Positions 61,717 to 64,000 of a DNA stretch of 64,000 bases are shown one piece after another. The number at the start of each line of letters is the position of its first letter. The stretch's first letter is position 1. The stretch is taken from assembly GCA_947571605.1 (NCBI GenBank), contig CANOYV010000003.1:3976-67975 (forward strand). The letters are read 5' to 3'. Below the pieces are notes generated by a model. The model did not search any database. It had not been told where the DNA came from and saw only the letters and a program-made list of their open reading frames with translations. Made by a program: the position numbers and the translations under genes. Source of the stretch: an uncultured bacterium (GTDB lineage: Bacteria > Bacillota > Clostridia > Oscillospirales > Oscillospiraceae).

Positions 61717-62013
61717 ATGGCAAAAGTGAGTGGAAATTACGAGGTGCTCTACGTCCTCAACCCCAGCCTGGGCGAGGAGGAGACCGCCGCCCTGGTGGCC
61801 CGCTTCAAGGAGCTGGCTGAGGGCCATGGCGCCGTATCCGAGGTGGACGAGTGGGGCAAGCGCCGTCTGGCCTACCCCATCAACGACCTGGAGGAGGGCT
61901 ACTACGTCCTGATGACCTTCTCCTCCGACCCCGCGTTCCCCGCCGAGCTGGACCGTCTGATGCGCATTAATGTCAGCGTCATGCGTTCCATTATCGTGGC
62001 TAAGGACGCCTGA
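61717..62013 (+). CDS. rpsF: 30S ribosomal protein S6
   Basis: [25 protein letters not shown]. Confidence 0.96.
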   Translation: MAKVSGNYEVLYVLNPSLGEEETAALVARFKELAEGHGAVSEVDEWGKRRLAYPINDLEEGYYVLMTFSSDPAFPAELDRLMRINVSVMRSIIVAKDA

Positions 62014-62026
62014 GAAGGAGAAAAAC

Positions 62027-62527
62027 ATGCTCAATCATATCGTCATCATGGGCCGTCTGGCCCGTGACCCGGAGTTGCGCCACACCCAGTCCGGCACCCC
62101 CGTCGCCAGCTTCCGGCTGGCCGTGGACCGGGACTTTAAGGACAAGAATACCGGCGAGCGCGCCACCGACTGGATCGACGTGGTGGCCTGGCGTCAGACC
62201 GGCGAATTTGTCAGCCGCTACTTCTCCAAGGGCCGCATGGCCGTGGTGGAGGGCCGTCTCCAGATCCGGGAGTGGACCGACAAGGAGGGCAACCGCCGCA
62301 CCACCGCCGAAGTGGTGGCGGACAACGTCTATTTCGGTGACTCCAAGCGGGACGGCGACGGCGGCTATGGCGACCGCAGCGGAGGCTACGGCGGCAGTTA
62401 CGGCGACCGCGGCGGAAGCTACGGCGGACGTCCTTCTGCCCCCTCCGCCCCTGCCGATTACGGCATCCCGTCCGGCGGCGACCAGTTCTCCGACCTGGCC
62501 GACGACGACGGCGAACTGCCCTTCTGA
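62027..62527 (+). CDS. ssb: Single-stranded DNA-binding protein
   Basis: [18 protein letters not shown]; Gly-rich linker; DDDGELPF tail. Confidence 0.96.
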   Translation: MLNHIVIMGRLARDPELRHTQSGTPVASFRLAVDRDFKDKNTGERATDWIDVVAWRQTGEFVSRYFSKGRMAVVEGRLQIREWTDKEGNRRTTAEVVADNVYFGDSKRDGDGGYGDRSGGYGGSYGDRGGSYGGRPSAPSAPADYGIPSGGDQFSDLADDDGELPF

Positions 62528-62567
62528 GCGAAGGAAGGGCCATCTCAACATAAGGAGGTCTGCCAAT

Positions 62568-62810
62568 ATGGCTATGGATAATGTGAAGCCCCGCGGCAAT
62601 CGCAAGCGCCGCAAGGTATGCGCGTTCTGCGTGGACAAGGTGGAACAGATCGACTACAAGGACGCCCAGAAGCTGAAGCGTTACCTGTCCGAGCGGTCCA
62701 AGATTCTGCCCCGCCGCACCACCGGCACCTGCGCCATGCACCAGCGCCAACTGACCGACGCTATCAAGCGCGCCCGTCATGTGGCCCTGCTGCCCTATGT
62801 CACTGACTAA
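62568..62810 (+). CDS. rpsR: 30S ribosomal protein S18
   Basis: [35 protein letters not shown]. Confidence 0.97.
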   Translation: MAMDNVKPRGNRKRRKVCAFCVDKVEQIDYKDAQKLKRYLSERSKILPRRTTGTCAMHQRQLTDAIKRARHVALLPYVTD

Positions 62811-62819
62811 AACGTCATG

Positions 62820-62853
62820 AAAACCCCCGGAGCGTTGCTCCGGGGGTTTTTTC
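62820..62853 (+). terminator. Intrinsic terminator after rpsR
   Basis: AAACCCCCGGAGC...GCTCCGGGGGTTTTTT. Confidence 0.85.
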
Positions 62854-62997
62854 ACACCTGCCGTCTCAGCTTCATTCGGGAGAAACCTAAAAGGAATCTT
62901 CAAAATTTCCTAAGAGGACCTTTGTTGCCATTTTCTGATTTACCGCTATAATGGCATTAGTACTAACGTCCAGTTGATAAAGAGAGGATCATGTCCC

Positions 62998-63678
62998 ATG
63001 GAAGATAAACGAGGCAAGGTCATGCTGTGGGCGCTCACCGCCGCCATTCTGGGCGGCTGCGTGTGGGCGCTGTACGCCACCGGTTTTTTCGAGGCCGCCG
63101 GCTCCCCGGAGCGGATGGGTGCGTATATCGCCCGCTGCGCCCCCTGGTCCCACCTGGCTTACTTCGGCGTGCAGTTGGTGTCCGTCATCGTCGCCCCCAT
63201 CCCCAGCAACATCACCGCCGCAGCGGGAGCGTACCTGTTCGGGCTGTGGCCCTCCTTCCTGCTGACCTGGGCGGCGGTGAGCCTGGGCTCCGCCCTGGTC
63301 TTTACCCTGGCCCGGGCCCTGGGGCAGCAGTTCGCCGGGCAATTCGTCAGCGAGAAGCTGTCCGAGAAGTACCTGGACCTGATCCGCCGCAAGCGGGACA
63401 CCTTTCTGGCCCTGGCCTTCCTGTTCCCCTTCTTTCCCGATGACCTGCTGTGCATTCTGGCCGGCCTGACGGACATCCCCTTCCGGCGTTTTTTCCTGCT
63501 GACGGTGCTGGCCCGGCCCTGGGGGCTGCTGGTGGCCTGCGCGGTGGGCAGCGCCACCGTGACCATTCCCCTGTGGGGCATGGCGCTACTGGGCGTCGCG
63601 GGGCTGGCGGCGTTCCTGCTGGCCATGAAATATGGCGACCGTCTGGAAGAGGCGGTGATCCGGCGGCTGAAGCGGTAA
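62998..63678 (+). CDS. TVP38/TMEM64 (VTT/DedA) membrane protein
   Basis: VIVAPIPSN, FPFFPDDLLCILAGLT. Confidence 0.85.
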   Translation: MEDKRGKVMLWALTAAILGGCVWALYATGFFEAAGSPERMGAYIARCAPWSHLAYFGVQLVSVIVAPIPSNITAAAGAYLFGLWPSFLLTWAAVSLGSALVFTLARALGQQFAGQFVSEKLSEKYLDLIRRKRDTFLALAFLFPFFPDDLLCILAGLTDIPFRRFFLLTVLARPWGLLVACAVGSATVTIPLWGMALLGVAGLAAFLLAMKYGDRLEEAVIRRLKR

Positions 63679-63794
63679 AACTTTCCTTTCATTTTCTGCC
63701 TGGGAGGGGGTGGATTCCCTTGTCATTTTTCGGCCGATCTGTTACAATCATATGGAATACTTTCCGACCGGAAAAAGACAAAGGGGAACACCAC

Positions 63795-64000
63795 ATGAAA
63801 AGACGATGGACAGCCGCGCTGCTGGCGCTGCTCCTGACCGCCGCCCTGCTGCCCGGGACTGCTCACGCCGCCCAGGCCGACCACTCTGCGGGCGCCCGCC
63901 TCACCGGCACGGACCGGGTGGTATACGACATACTCCGGGCCGAAGTAGCCAAGATCGCCGACGGCGCCAGGACCTCCACCACCATCCGCATTCCGGACCA
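63795..64000 (+). CDS. Secreted protein, N-terminal part (runs off window)
   Basis: MKRRWTAALLALLLTAALLPGTAHAAQA signal peptide; frame stays open to the window end. Confidence 0.65.
   Translation, partial: MKRRWTAALLALLLTAALLPGTAHAAQADHSAGARLTGTDRVVYDILRAEVAKIADGARTSTTIRIPD

Noticed and set aside
63795-64000. Apparent frameshift after the signal peptide
   Set aside because: On recount the frame is continuous; it is absent from the ORF track only because it has no stop in the window.

Overview
GC-rich chromosomal window from a spore-forming Clostridia, probably Oscillospiraceae-like (inferred from gene content and composition, not database-checked). The backbone holds a sucrose PTS/amylosucrase locus, CIRCE-controlled clpB, spoVB, a walRK/yycHI-like operon, corA, pncB, ahcY, spoIVB-spo0A, proBA, hflX, addBA, ribosomal protein operons and a MoxR/DUF58/transglutaminase operon. 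The main finding is that the dipicolinate synthase gene spoVFA (dpaA) is split at its conserved NAIPTAEG motif by a 14,579-bp element (19819-34399). The element encodes an intact large serine recombinase. Its ends rebuild into an attP with perfect 20-bp inverted arms around a CC crossover, and excision restores an in-frame 287-aa DpaA and reconnects spoVFB. This resembles skin/vfbin-type developmental rearrangements. The element has no phage structural or conjugation genes. It carries a P4-type helicase, an Xis-like HTH, an amidoligase/GATase pair, two toxin-antitoxin modules, a DarG-like macrodomain, a small resolvase and an uncharacterised three-gene membrane-protein operon, and several cargo genes look decayed. 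Two families of structured intergenic repeats recur in the backbone. No tRNA, rRNA or CRISPR array was seen.
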